Part shown: piece after piece, positions 45,356 through 54,805 of the stretch
Layout: every line of letters starts with the position of its first letter
Position numbering within the stretch: position 1 is the first letter of the stretch
Assembly: GCA_041690595.1 (NCBI GenBank)
Contig: JAWLHB010000045.1
Coordinates: 1-64,000, forward strand
Reading direction: 5' to 3'
Origin: Lentisphaeria bacterium
GTDB taxonomy: Bacteria > Verrucomicrobiota > Lentisphaeria > JABSQK01 > JAWLHB01
Length of the DNA: 64,000 nt
The notes under the pieces: model-generated
Databases searched by the model: none
The model's input: only the letters and a program-made list of their open reading frames with translations
Told to the model about the DNA's origin: nothing
Program-made: the position numbers and the translations under genes

Positions 45356-48300
45356 TCAGTCCGCGGCTGCTGACGGGTGCAGGAGGATGCGGTGCTCACC
45401 AGATTGAAGGGTGGTGGTTTGCTCTGTCCAGTCCAGCCCCGGCAGATCCATGGATCTGGTCAATGTTGTGGTGATCGGCGCATCGGTTGGGTTGTTGACG
45501 GATACGTGCCACAGCGGCGGCTGGCCCTCCTCAGCGTCTTTCAGACAGACGATGTTGATGAACAGCTCGCGGCCAGCGGCGTCGGCGATCACCGGTTGCC
45601 CGACGACGAGATGATGTCGCGGTGCCTGCCCGGTGTAGACGGGGAAGTAGACGCGACCTTCGAAATCCGTGGCGAGGTTGCGGAAGCGGTTCTCCGGCGG
45701 GCCGTAACGGCCGGCGCCCACGTAGCCGGTCTTCTGCCAGAGGATGGCACTCCAGCGCGGGTTCAGGCCGCGGACGCGGAAGGGAAGGTTGGGGTCCAGG
45801 CCGTCGCCGGGCCGGGGGAGGACGAGCTCGACAGCGTGATTTTCCGCCGCCAGCTCAAGCACTCCGGGGGGCGCGTCGAGGCGTTCGCCGCGGCGGATGT
45901 CCAAGCCGTCGGGCTGCTGGAAGTAACGAACTTGGCGCAGGAGGGTGTCAGTGTCGGGGATGGGGCGATCCATGGGCCACCAGCAGGTGAACCATTCGAC
46001 GACGCGGCGCTCGCCCGTCTTCACCTCGATGCCGCCAGCTGGGATGGCCTCGGAGAGCATGCTCTGGTCTGGCCGCACACGGACGTTCAGCGGTACGCCG
46101 AGGTTGACCAGAAGCATGGAGTTGGCCTGGTTGGGAGAGATGGCGGCCAGCCAGTCGCCGGTGTCGATAGGCCAGCTGATAACGCCCGGGGCGACGTGTT
46201 CGCCCTGGGGGGCCACGTCGCGCGCCTTGAGAATGCGGTCGCCGCGGCCGAGCACGAGCATAACGTTGGCGTCCAGATCTTTGCGCCATTCGTAGCCGAG
46301 CCGGGCCTGGGTGAGTGTGAGGTCTTCCTTGAAGGTGGTCTCCTGGCGGTAGCTGCTGGCGGTGGGGCCGCCTGCCTGGCCTGTCGGCCCCCATCCGGTC
46401 GGGGTCGGCGTCTGGTACTGTGCCCACTCGGTGTAGATGCCGACGAGGTCGACGAAGGGCATGGGTTCGATTGGCCCCCAGCCGCTCCAGGGATTCATGG
46501 GTTCACCGCCGGGGGCAACCAGGCCGCGGGAGACGGTGCGGCCGCGCCACACGCGGTCGTCGCAGAGTTCCATGACCGGGGTCTGGCCGATGTTTCCCTG
46601 CAGATTGTTGCCATCGCCGAAAGTAAAGGTCGGGTTCACCTGCCCCCAGCCGAAAACGGGGCGCTGGACAATCAGGGCCATGCCGTCCCACATTTTCCCG
46701 GGGTCGGGGACCAGAGGGACGTTGGTGTGGCGCGACCAGCCGGGCCCGCGGAAGAGTTTCATGCTCCCGCAATCGTTCACATGGTCGCCGCAGAAGACAG
46801 GCGCGGGCGAGATCTCGCTCCAGCCACGCAGGGGGAAAGAGACGGCCTTGCCGCCGGCTGTGTCGGTAGCCACCACACTCATGTTGCGCTGCAGCGAGCC
46901 GCTCAGGAAGAGCCGGGTGGCGAAGTCCTTGCTGCCGTCGGGCAGGAAGCGTCGGAAGAGCTGGTCGCCCTCGTAGATGACGACCTCCTGGAGGCCCACG
47001 TCGGAGGTCACCTGCAGCCAGGGAGTGATCAGCATGCGCGCGACGGCGAAGGGTTCGCCGGCATAGGCGGTGCTGCGGTAGACATACTGCGGCCAGTGCC
47101 GGATCATGGGACCCGAGCTGGGGAAGGCGTGGCGGTGAACAATCTGGTAGTTCCAGCTCAACGCATGGTTCCAGAGGTCGCGGACCTGAGGCGCCACCGC
47201 GTAGGTCAGCGCCCGATCCGCCTGCACCTCGGCGATCATGGCCGCCGGCGAATCCACCAGGTTGATGGCCACCGGCGTACCCGGCATGGTCCCGGCGTTG
47301 GTCAGCAGGTACTGATCGGTGACGTCTTCGACGAGCTGCCCCCGGTTGTAGTAGACAACGCCGGCCATGCTGAAGAGGCGCAGGTCGTGCACCGCCATGC
47401 CGCCACTTTTCATGGGCTCGGTGAAATCGAAGAAACCGATCGAGTTGTTGGCCTTGGGAGCGCGCACACCCGGCCCCATTTCGCCGTGCGGCCGAAATTC
47501 GAAGGTGAAGTCGATGAAAGGGCTGCGCAGGTATCGGCCGTTTTCGTCCTGCGGCTGAATGATGATGGTCTGGCGGTCCTCCGAAAGGTGCTTGTCGTGC
47601 ACGTAGAGCGGGTCGTAACCAAAGAAGAAGATCTGGTTGCCCAGGTTGCTGCGCCCCCGATATCCGGGCAGGAGGAGGAGATCGTCGTCGCTCTGCTCGC
47701 GGCAGTCGGCGGTCAGTTGCGCGAGCTTTTCAGCAGTCAGCTCGACCATGTCTTCGAGGAAAATGATGAAGGAAAGGCCCTGCTCGCGGGCGGCGGCGGC
47801 GTAATCGGCAACGGTGCCGGTGCCGCCCGAGTAGGAGGTGCGGGGGCCGATGATGCCGGTATGGAGGTTGATTGGCGGCGGCGGCAGGTCGGGATCGAGA
47901 TCGTGGGGACGCTGGTCGAGCAGCATGCGCACGTAGTTGGGGTTATCGGGCTTCTCGAGGGGCGGGGCCCAGCGATCCGGCGGCGACATGGCCCCGCCCA
48001 GAGCCTCGCCTTGGAGGCTGGGGGCGGCGAGCCAGCGGAAGGTGTTGCCAAGGAGCTTGTCGAAGTCGGAGCGCCAACGACCGCCCAGCCCCTTGTCCAG
48101 CATGGCGCCATCATGCACCCACGACAGCCCGGAGAGCAGGTGGAAATTGGGATGGGCGTGGAAGAGGGCCAGGCGTCCCGGCTGCAGGTCGCGAATGGCA
48201 AAAAGCGCCGGCTCCTCGACGCCTGCCGGGCGGACGAACGGCGAGTCGAACCGGGGCACGCCTGGTTTCGGTTCTGGCAGCTCGATGGGCTCGGTACGGC

Positions 48301-48991
48301 TGCCCTGCGGGGCGCGCAGGACCACGGTCCAGTCGTCGTCCACGTCGATCGGCCCGGCTACAAACCAATAGCGCCCGCCCAGCGGGTACCAGATACGCTC
48401 GATCCCTTCCGAAACCGGCGAGGGCTGGACGTTATCGGTCAGGTAGAAGGGCATGCGCAAGCGTGGATGCGTGACGATGCGATCGGATGGCAGGACGACC
48501 CGCTCGACGGGCCGGCGCGCGTCCCACTTGGCCAGGGCTTCACGCATGGAGTTGTGGAAAACCGGGTTGTTGTGATGCTGGACGAGGTTGATCATCACCC
48601 CGCCGCCGGCTGCCAGGAAGCGGTCGAGCAGGAGCAGGGTTTCCTCGAGGTTGGGGCCTTTGGCGGGGCCGCCCTCGGGCGCATGCCGCACCACGCCGGT
48701 TTCGGGGAAGTCCAGGAGCACCAGGACGTTGTACTGGCTCAGTCGCTCCCAAGTCAGCTCCTCGTGACGTATGGCGTCCATCTCGAAGCCGGACGCCTCC
48801 AGCCGCTTCATGTAGTCGAGGTCCGGCGTGGCGCCCCATGCATCGATCAAGATGGCTGGACGAGGCTCGGCCCAGGAGGCCGCAACTCCTGACAGCATCA
48901 CAACGATGAGCAACTTGGCCAGCAGGCTCTTGACGGCGGCCAGCCGGCGCCAGCTGGGCAGGACTCGTCTCGGGTCGTTCAATGCAGGCAT
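45356..48991 (-). CDS. Large exported protein with GATase-like and degenerate PHP-like domains (paralog of 56964..60440)
   Basis: Signal-like segment; LSQYNVLVL..FLAAGGGV; GIIGPRTSYSGGTGTVADYAAAAREQGLSFIIFLED. Confidence 0.75.
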   Translation of the reverse strand: MPALNDPRRVLPSWRRLAAVKSLLAKLLIVVMLSGVAASWAEPRPAILIDAWGATPDLDYMKRLEASGFEMDAIRHEELTWERLSQYNVLVLLDFPETGVVRHAPEGGPAKGPNLEETLLLLDRFLAAGGGVMINLVQHHNNPVFHNSMREALAKWDARRPVERVVLPSDRIVTHPRLRMPFYLTDNVQPSPVSEGIERIWYPLGGRYWFVAGPIDVDDDWTVVLRAPQGSRTEPIELPEPKPGVPRFDSPFVRPAGVEEPALFAIRDLQPGRLALFHAHPNFHLLSGLSWVHDGAMLDKGLGGRWRSDFDKLLGNTFRWLAAPSLQGEALGGAMSPPDRWAPPLEKPDNPNYVRMLLDQRPHDLDPDLPPPPINLHTGIIGPRTSYSGGTGTVADYAAAAREQGLSFIIFLEDMVELTAEKLAQLTADCREQSDDDLLLLPGYRGRSNLGNQIFFFGYDPLYVHDKHLSEDRQTIIIQPQDENGRYLRSPFIDFTFEFRPHGEMGPGVRAPKANNSIGFFDFTEPMKSGGMAVHDLRLFSMAGVVYYNRGQLVEDVTDQYLLTNAGTMPGTPVAINLVDSPAAMIAEVQADRALTYAVAPQVRDLWNHALSWNYQIVHRHAFPSSGPMIRHWPQYVYRSTAYAGEPFAVARMLITPWLQVTSDVGLQEVVIYEGDQLFRRFLPDGSKDFATRLFLSGSLQRNMSVVATDTAGGKAVSFPLRGWSEISPAPVFCGDHVNDCGSMKLFRGPGWSRHTNVPLVPDPGKMWDGMALIVQRPVFGWGQVNPTFTFGDGNNLQGNIGQTPVMELCDDRVWRGRTVSRGLVAPGGEPMNPWSGWGPIEPMPFVDLVGIYTEWAQYQTPTPTGWGPTGQAGGPTASSYRQETTFKEDLTLTQARLGYEWRKDLDANVMLVLGRGDRILKARDVAPQGEHVAPGVISWPIDTGDWLAAISPNQANSMLLVNLGVPLNVRVRPDQSMLSEAIPAGGIEVKTGERRVVEWFTCWWPMDRPIPDTDTLLRQVRYFQQPDGLDIRRGERLDAPPGVLELAAENHAVELVLPRPGDGLDPNLPFRVRGLNPRWSAILWQKTGYVGAGRYGPPENRFRNLATDFEGRVYFPVYTGQAPRHHLVVGQPVIADAAGRELFINIVCLKDAEEGQPPLWHVSVNNPTDAPITTTLTRSMDLPGLDWTEQTTTLQSGEHRILLHPSAAAD

Positions 48992-49018
48992 GATGTTTCC
49001 TTCTGATGGGTAGTGGAT

Positions 49019-50443
49019 TCAGGCTCGATACGTGCGGAGACCGCCGGGGGGAGCGGTGTCGATGAGTCGTTGGGTCAGGCGGAGCAAGAGACGCTGTTTG
49101 TCCTCGGCGTGTGCGGGGTCATTCCAGAGATTCGTCGTTTCGTCGGGATCGTTTTCGAGGTCGAAGAGCAGCCCGATGTCCTCGTTGTTGAGCACGCAGA
49201 GTTTCCAGCTATTCGAGCGCAGGGTCACGCAGCGGCGCTCAGGAGTATACCAGGGGGCGTACTCCTCGGTGAGCGTAAACTCGCGCGGGAGATCGGTGAT
49301 GGGTCTGGTGATTCCGGGCAGTGGCTCGCCCTGGCAGGTGCGAGGCACGGTGAGGCCACAGTACTCGAGGATCGTCGGCATCAGATCGATTTGTTCAACC
49401 GGCGTGGTCACGACCTGGCCCCGATGCGGCAACTTGCTGCCGCTGACGATGAGCGGCACCTTGATCAGGGAATCGTAGTGGAAGAGCCCCTTGAAGAGCA
49501 ATCCGTGGTCGCCGAGCAGCTCGCCATGATCGGCGGTGAAGATGACCAGGAACGGTTCGCCGCTGGGTTCGACGACCTCCAAGAGCCGACCGATTTGCTG
49601 ATCGATGAAGGCGATCATGGCGAAGTAGTTGGTCTGGATTTGCCGCCATTGTTCGTCGGTCAAGGCTGACAGCTTCTGCCCGCCCTGAAAGAGGGGATTC
49701 CTGCCCTGATGATGCTCCTCATAAAAGGCGGGGAGATCGGCCCAGTTCTCCGGGATCGGGAGGCGCTCGGGCAGCCTTTCCTGGTCCACCAGATCGACGA
49801 ATCTCTGTGGCGCCTCGAAAGGATGATGTGGGTCGGGAAACGAGACGTGCATGAAGAGCGGCCGATGCTGCACGCGCTGTCGCCAGGCGGCGATGGCTTC
49901 GTCCGCCACCCAGCGGGTTGGATGCAGCTCTTCCGGGAGACATTCGGCGGGCTCATACACATCTCCTTCGCGGCTTGGGGGGAAGGAGTGCCGATACTTG
50001 TGACGTTGATCGGGCGCTCGCTGCGCCAGCCAGTCGGCAAATCCTTTCGGTTCCTGCCCTTCAGTCAACCGGATGCGTTCGTACCCGTAGGCACCGTCGT
50101 CGGGCTGATGTGCCGCCATGCTGGGGGTGATGTGGAGCTTGCCGATCATGGCGGTGGCGTAGCCCGCCTGTTGCATGAGACGCGGCAGCAGGTCGGGGCT
50201 TTCCGGCAGGGAGACGCCGTTCGCCCAGACGCCGTGCGCGCGACTATACTGGCCGGTGATCCAGCAGGAGCGAGCCGGCGTGCAGACGGGCGCCTGGGCA
50301 ATGGCATTGGTGTAACGCAGCCCCTGATGGGCGAGACGGTCAAGGTTCGGGGTCGGAACAGCGGTGAGTCCGGCGCAGCCAAGTGCCGTCGCCCGATGCT
50401 GGTCGGTGGTGATGAAGAGAATGTGTGGAGCTCTATCGTTCAT
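49019..50443 (-). CDS. Formylglycine-dependent (S1) sulfatase, no signal peptide
   Basis: HILFITTDQHR, CTPAR (CxPxR), GKLH, DPHHPF, TADHGELLGDHG, LFDLENDPDE. Confidence 0.93.
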   Translation of the reverse strand: MNDRAPHILFITTDQHRATALGCAGLTAVPTPNLDRLAHQGLRYTNAIAQAPVCTPARSCWITGQYSRAHGVWANGVSLPESPDLLPRLMQQAGYATAMIGKLHITPSMAAHQPDDGAYGYERIRLTEGQEPKGFADWLAQRAPDQRHKYRHSFPPSREGDVYEPAECLPEELHPTRWVADEAIAAWRQRVQHRPLFMHVSFPDPHHPFEAPQRFVDLVDQERLPERLPIPENWADLPAFYEEHHQGRNPLFQGGQKLSALTDEQWRQIQTNYFAMIAFIDQQIGRLLEVVEPSGEPFLVIFTADHGELLGDHGLLFKGLFHYDSLIKVPLIVSGSKLPHRGQVVTTPVEQIDLMPTILEYCGLTVPRTCQGEPLPGITRPITDLPREFTLTEEYAPWYTPERRCVTLRSNSWKLCVLNNEDIGLLFDLENDPDETTNLWNDPAHAEDKQRLLLRLTQRLIDTAPPGGLRTYRA

Positions 50444-50444
50444 T

Positions 50445-51512
50445 CTACAGCTCCTCGATCCCGACATAGTCGATCATCAGATCATCAATGACAAAATCGG
50501 CCTCGCTCTTACCTATATGCATCGCTGCCGCGGCGCCGAATGCGCTGGCATCGACGCAGGGCTTCACGTAGGTGACCGTCTTCCATTCGTCAGGTGAAAG
50601 CTCGACAAAGTGGCCCGCGCCGTACGCCCAGGTCCGCTCCCCTCGCATCCACCACAGACCCGCGGCTACGGAACCGGATCCCTTGGCTCGATAGGAAAAG
50701 CGGAGCCACGTATTGTCGAAAGGCAGGTCGGGAAGTCGAAAATGTGGGAAAGGATAACCGTCGGCTTTCTTCACCAGCCGCAGGACGTGGTTGCCATCCG
50801 GTTCGACCTCGACGCTTGCCGTTACCATGGCGCCTGCATGGCCGAAATAGCCTTGGTGGCTTGCAGACGGGAAGGGGCCGGGCTCGAGGGTCTCGAAGTC
50901 GCTGACGGGCAGCAACGTCTCGGGTTTGGTTTTCAGCAGGACGGAATTGCCGTCCATGGTGCCAATCTCCCTGATTGCCAGGTCGCGCATAAGGAGCTTT
51001 GGCCCGGAGTGTACCGGCTTTCCCTGGCCGCTGATGCCGATCCAGAGGAGCATGGCATCGGCTTCCGGCGGGGCCGCGAAATCCTGGGAGATACGCGTCA
51101 GGCGCGTATCGAAGTTCGGGAAGGAAAGAATCGTGTCGAAGCGCGTCGGTTCGCCATGGTGTAGCCAGGTTGCACAGAAGAGGCTGCTGTAGGTTCCGGC
51201 ACATGTCGTGACCCGGAAATCAAGAACGTAGCGCGCCAGGGCTTTGATGGGAAAGGGGCCGACTCCCACGTACCGGTAGTTGGTACGCGGGTCTTCCTTG
51301 GGAATCTCGAGGATCCACAGACCGTTCTCCTGGCGGATGCCGCGGCTGTAGGCGAGAAACTCGTTGTTTGTCGACGGGTCGGTATTCGCCGGCTGCCCCG
51401 GCATCACCTCTTCACGGCCCTGCCCCCAGTGGAAAAGGTTCGACTCCTCCGCTGCCAACGTGGTAAATGCCAGCGAAAGGAGTGCCACCGAAAAAATCAG
51501 AATGTGGAACAT
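50445..51512 (-). CDS. Exported hypothetical protein with CBM-like beta-sandwich domains
   Basis: Signal peptide MFHILIFSVALLSLAFTTLA; FSYRAKGSG..DEWKTVT..FVIDDL. Confidence 0.6.
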   Translation of the reverse strand: MFHILIFSVALLSLAFTTLAAEESNLFHWGQGREEVMPGQPANTDPSTNNEFLAYSRGIRQENGLWILEIPKEDPRTNYRYVGVGPFPIKALARYVLDFRVTTCAGTYSSLFCATWLHHGEPTRFDTILSFPNFDTRLTRISQDFAAPPEADAMLLWIGISGQGKPVHSGPKLLMRDLAIREIGTMDGNSVLLKTKPETLLPVSDFETLEPGPFPSASHQGYFGHAGAMVTASVEVEPDGNHVLRLVKKADGYPFPHFRLPDLPFDNTWLRFSYRAKGSGSVAAGLWWMRGERTWAYGAGHFVELSPDEWKTVTYVKPCVDASAFGAAAAMHIGKSEADFVIDDLMIDYVGIEEL

Positions 51513-51518
51513 GAAAAG

Positions 51519-54500
51519 TTAACCTATGATTCGGGTTTCATTCGCGCTTGTCCGTTTGACTCTGGCGCCGTTCTCGGCCATGGAGATCTCATCTCGGCCT
51601 TTACCGTTTTGCCACTCCAGCACGATCGAGGTGCGGTGGTGGACGGCTGGCGGTTGTGATCCGTTCGGCAGAGCCACCAGTATGCCCAGCACGCCCCCCC
51701 GACCGGTTTTGTTTATGCGTACCGCCGAGAGCCGTTGGGCCAACCCATCGCAGGACCCACTTTGTGCCGCGGTTTCGCCGACGATAAACTCTTCCCTGCG
51801 GAAGCGGTGATTCATGAAGCCGTTTCGCATGGCAGGGTTGCCATGGAAGCTGCCGGCGGCGCCCTGTGTACTGACGTAACTGAAAGTATCCCTGTCGATG
51901 TCCGATGCGCCGTCGATCCATAGCCAGAGATCCAGACCGTAGTCACCGACCATGCGCCATCCGTCGCCATCCCGGACGGCTTTGTCCGCCAGCGCCCAGA
52001 CCGACCAACTCCAAGGCTCTTCGGTGTCGCCGACCGTGTCGCGCAGCAGGATGTACTCGGGAATCTCCGGGTCCCGCCCGGCGACATGGAGGAAATCGCG
52101 ACGCCAGCGAATGGGCTTCGCCAGGTGTTCGGTTTCCGCAATTACCGGCTGGCGGTCCGGGCGGGCGCGGGGCTGCAGGATCTTGATCGTCGTCTCCATG
52201 CCGATGTAATCGACCTCGTTGCCGAGTCTGACGACATGAGGATCGGCCATCGGCCAATCGTCGCTTTGGCGAATGCAGATGCGGTTGTGGCATTCCGCGG
52301 CGGCCACGCGTGGGGCATAACCGCTGGCGATGTCCGGGCAGAGGGGGACGCCGTTGGGAAACCAGGCGAACGATCCGTTGTCGGTGTGATAGTGCCCCCA
52401 GCAGAAGCTGCCGAACTTGGCCGCGAGGTAGCTTTCGCGCGGCGTGTTGAAGCTGCGACGGAGGATCGCGCCGAAGCCGGGATAATGGCGGCTTTCCCCA
52501 GCGATCGGAAGGGGCTGGACCTCCGGTTGCGCCAGCAACAGCGGTTCGCGGAAGCCAAACTTCGCCCAGTCGAACTCGCCGAACTGCTCGACGTAGGCCC
52601 ATTGCAGATTGCTTGCCAGCTCAGGACAGCTTTCCCGCAGGTAGCGGATGCCCCACAGGAAAATGTCCGAGCGCAGTCCGAGCGAGATGTCACCGAGCCC
52701 GACCATGGCGCGACGGTTGTTGAAGCGGGGATCGGGCGGGGTCAGAAGATCGATGGCGAAGCGCGAGACGCTGGAGAGCGCCGCACTGGTGGTCAGGTCG
52801 CCGTGCCCGCCGTGGCGCAGGTTGACGGCCATGCGCCAGAGGAGGGTGAGTCCGAAGCACATATAGCTGGGATTCTCCGCCCAGGCGCCGTTCGGACCGA
52901 CATTGCCGCGCTTTTCGTTTTCAGCGTCGGCCCAATGCTTCACGGGCGGGGGCAGAGGATCCTCGACGCGGAGGCAATGCTCCAACTCGGCCAGGGCCTC
53001 CCGCCCCCACTCTCTCGCTTCCGGAAGATCGCGCAGGACGCAGGAAGCCGCGGAGATGGCGAGGCTGTTGGCCATGATGAAGTTGTGAGTGCCGCGAAAA
53101 TAGCCATCGCCCGTGCGCGGCCAGCGGTCGCGGTCGGCGAGGCAGCAGGCGAGGAAGACCGTCCGCCGGTAGAGACGCTGGCGCAAAGCAGGCGGCAGCT
53201 CGGCGCAGCTCATGACCCAGTCGAACCAGTCAAAAAGCTGCGTGCATTTCTGCGGGAACTCGAGCACGCTGAGCAGCCAACTGTCCCAGCCGTCGCCGCA
53301 TAGCGCCGCCTGGATCAAGGCATCGTACTGGTCTGCCAGCATAAGTGCGAGGGCCGTGGCTTCCGGTAGCTTACCGGTGGCCAGGAACTGCTCCGGAGCA
53401 GTCTGATAGGCGGCGCCCTCGGGATTGTCGGCTCGCCATGTCTCGAGCGCGTTGTGCAACGCGGGGGTTTCCCGAATGCATCGGCGTATGTCCGGCCAGC
53501 GGTCGCGATCGAGGAAAATGCGTGGGTAGCTTTCAGCACGTTCGGGGGGCGTATCCAGCGGCCAGCGTCTGATCTTGTCCAACGGGAGGTTATGGTGGTT
53601 GCGCAGGTATTGAGGGCGGGCGGTCGAGTGCGGGCTTTGCGGAAAGGCGTCAGTCGCCGTCCCGGCCCACAGGCCCCAGTGTCGCTCACCGGTTCGGATG
53701 GGGAGATGCAGACGAAGACGCCCGCTGTCGTCACGACAAAGCACCGGCTCGTTCTCATACGCGTTCCGCCACGCCGACGAGGTCAGCGCGAAGATGCCCA
53801 GATAGTGCTGCTTCCCCATTTCATGGATGCCAAACCAGGAGCCCTCCTGACCGGTCCAGCTGCTGAACGGGAAGAGCCAGGCTACGTCGCGACCGGGCGC
53901 GACGTGGGCTGGGAAGGTGAAATGGTTGTCTGCCCCGCCCGGTTGCCCCGGCATGCTCTTGGGCATGTTGGCCGCGTGCAGAACCTCAGGCGGATAGTTG
54001 CGCTGCTGATTGAGCCGCATATGTATGGAAGCCTTGTCGCCCGGCGCCATCAGCTCCCACGACCAGGCGGGGGCGGACCAGTACTGCTCCACCACCCGAT
54101 GGTGGGGCCAGCTCTCGGTGACGTAATCTGGGCTGACCAGCGTGGACCTCTCGCGCAGCAGGATTGTCTCGGCACCGAGCCAGGTAGAGACGATACACTC
54201 GCAGGTCGCACCGCCGACAAATGTGTAGGTCACACTGGCGCGAAGTTCCAGCGGCCCCGTGGCCAGTAACTCGGTCTGGATACCCGTCACCTTGAGATCG
54301 CCGATCAGGCGGGAGTCACCCCCTAGCCTGGCACCCCGGCCGACAAACTCCGCGATCGGGCCCGGCACCTCTGTGGCGGCGCGCCCATCGGGATATGCTA
54401 CGGAGTTCGGCAGTCGGACGCTGAGATTATCCGTACGGAGTACCAATCCGTCAGCGGTTTGCTCAGCCACGAGCAGCCCATATCCACAGGAGACGGTCAG

Positions 54501-54797
54501 GTTGTCGGGCAGCTTGGCAACCAGCTCCAGTTCCAGCGTTTCGTTTGGCTGCAGCTCGACCAGAGCAATGGCATCCGCCTCGTGAATGCTCCCGTCGGGA
54601 TGCCTCGAAACGATTTCCAGCTGGGCGGGCACCGCGACGGGGTTCATCGCCGCGTGCAGGTTGTCCAGTTGGTGAATCCACCAGGCGCGTGGGGTGGGAA
54701 AGTCGCCCTGAGTGAAGATGAATCGTTCCCGTACAAGCTGCCGGGGCCAATATTGCCCAACCGGCTCGGTGATTTTCAGTGTGTATGTTGCTGCCAT
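51519..54797 (-). CDS. Heparinase II/III-like (polysaccharide lyase-like) protein, no signal peptide
   Basis: YPRIFLD, GTHNF, GAWAENPSY, PGFGAILR, WGHYHTDNGSF, WRRDFL..YILLRD. Confidence 0.7.
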   Translation of the reverse strand: MAATYTLKITEPVGQYWPRQLVRERFIFTQGDFPTPRAWWIHQLDNLHAAMNPVAVPAQLEIVSRHPDGSIHEADAIALVELQPNETLELELVAKLPDNLTVSCGYGLLVAEQTADGLVLRTDNLSVRLPNSVAYPDGRAATEVPGPIAEFVGRGARLGGDSRLIGDLKVTGIQTELLATGPLELRASVTYTFVGGATCECIVSTWLGAETILLRERSTLVSPDYVTESWPHHRVVEQYWSAPAWSWELMAPGDKASIHMRLNQQRNYPPEVLHAANMPKSMPGQPGGADNHFTFPAHVAPGRDVAWLFPFSSWTGQEGSWFGIHEMGKQHYLGIFALTSSAWRNAYENEPVLCRDDSGRLRLHLPIRTGERHWGLWAGTATDAFPQSPHSTARPQYLRNHHNLPLDKIRRWPLDTPPERAESYPRIFLDRDRWPDIRRCIRETPALHNALETWRADNPEGAAYQTAPEQFLATGKLPEATALALMLADQYDALIQAALCGDGWDSWLLSVLEFPQKCTQLFDWFDWVMSCAELPPALRQRLYRRTVFLACCLADRDRWPRTGDGYFRGTHNFIMANSLAISAASCVLRDLPEAREWGREALAELEHCLRVEDPLPPPVKHWADAENEKRGNVGPNGAWAENPSYMCFGLTLLWRMAVNLRHGGHGDLTTSAALSSVSRFAIDLLTPPDPRFNNRRAMVGLGDISLGLRSDIFLWGIRYLRESCPELASNLQWAYVEQFGEFDWAKFGFREPLLLAQPEVQPLPIAGESRHYPGFGAILRRSFNTPRESYLAAKFGSFCWGHYHTDNGSFAWFPNGVPLCPDIASGYAPRVAAAECHNRICIRQSDDWPMADPHVVRLGNEVDYIGMETTIKILQPRARPDRQPVIAETEHLAKPIRWRRDFLHVAGRDPEIPEYILLRDTVGDTEEPWSWSVWALADKAVRDGDGWRMVGDYGLDLWLWIDGASDIDRDTFSYVSTQGAAGSFHGNPAMRNGFMNHRFRREEFIVGETAAQSGSCDGLAQRLSAVRINKTGRGGVLGILVALPNGSQPPAVHHRTSIVLEWQNGKGRDEISMAENGARVKRTSANETRIIG

Positions 54798-54805
54798 GAT
54801 TCCAA

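Noticed and set aside
45377..48892. Long opposite-strand ORFs (also 5616..7385, 9871..11355, 22312..24714, 56790..58667)
   Set aside because: Antisense shadows of GC3-rich genes, with no motifs and full overlap with better-supported CDS.
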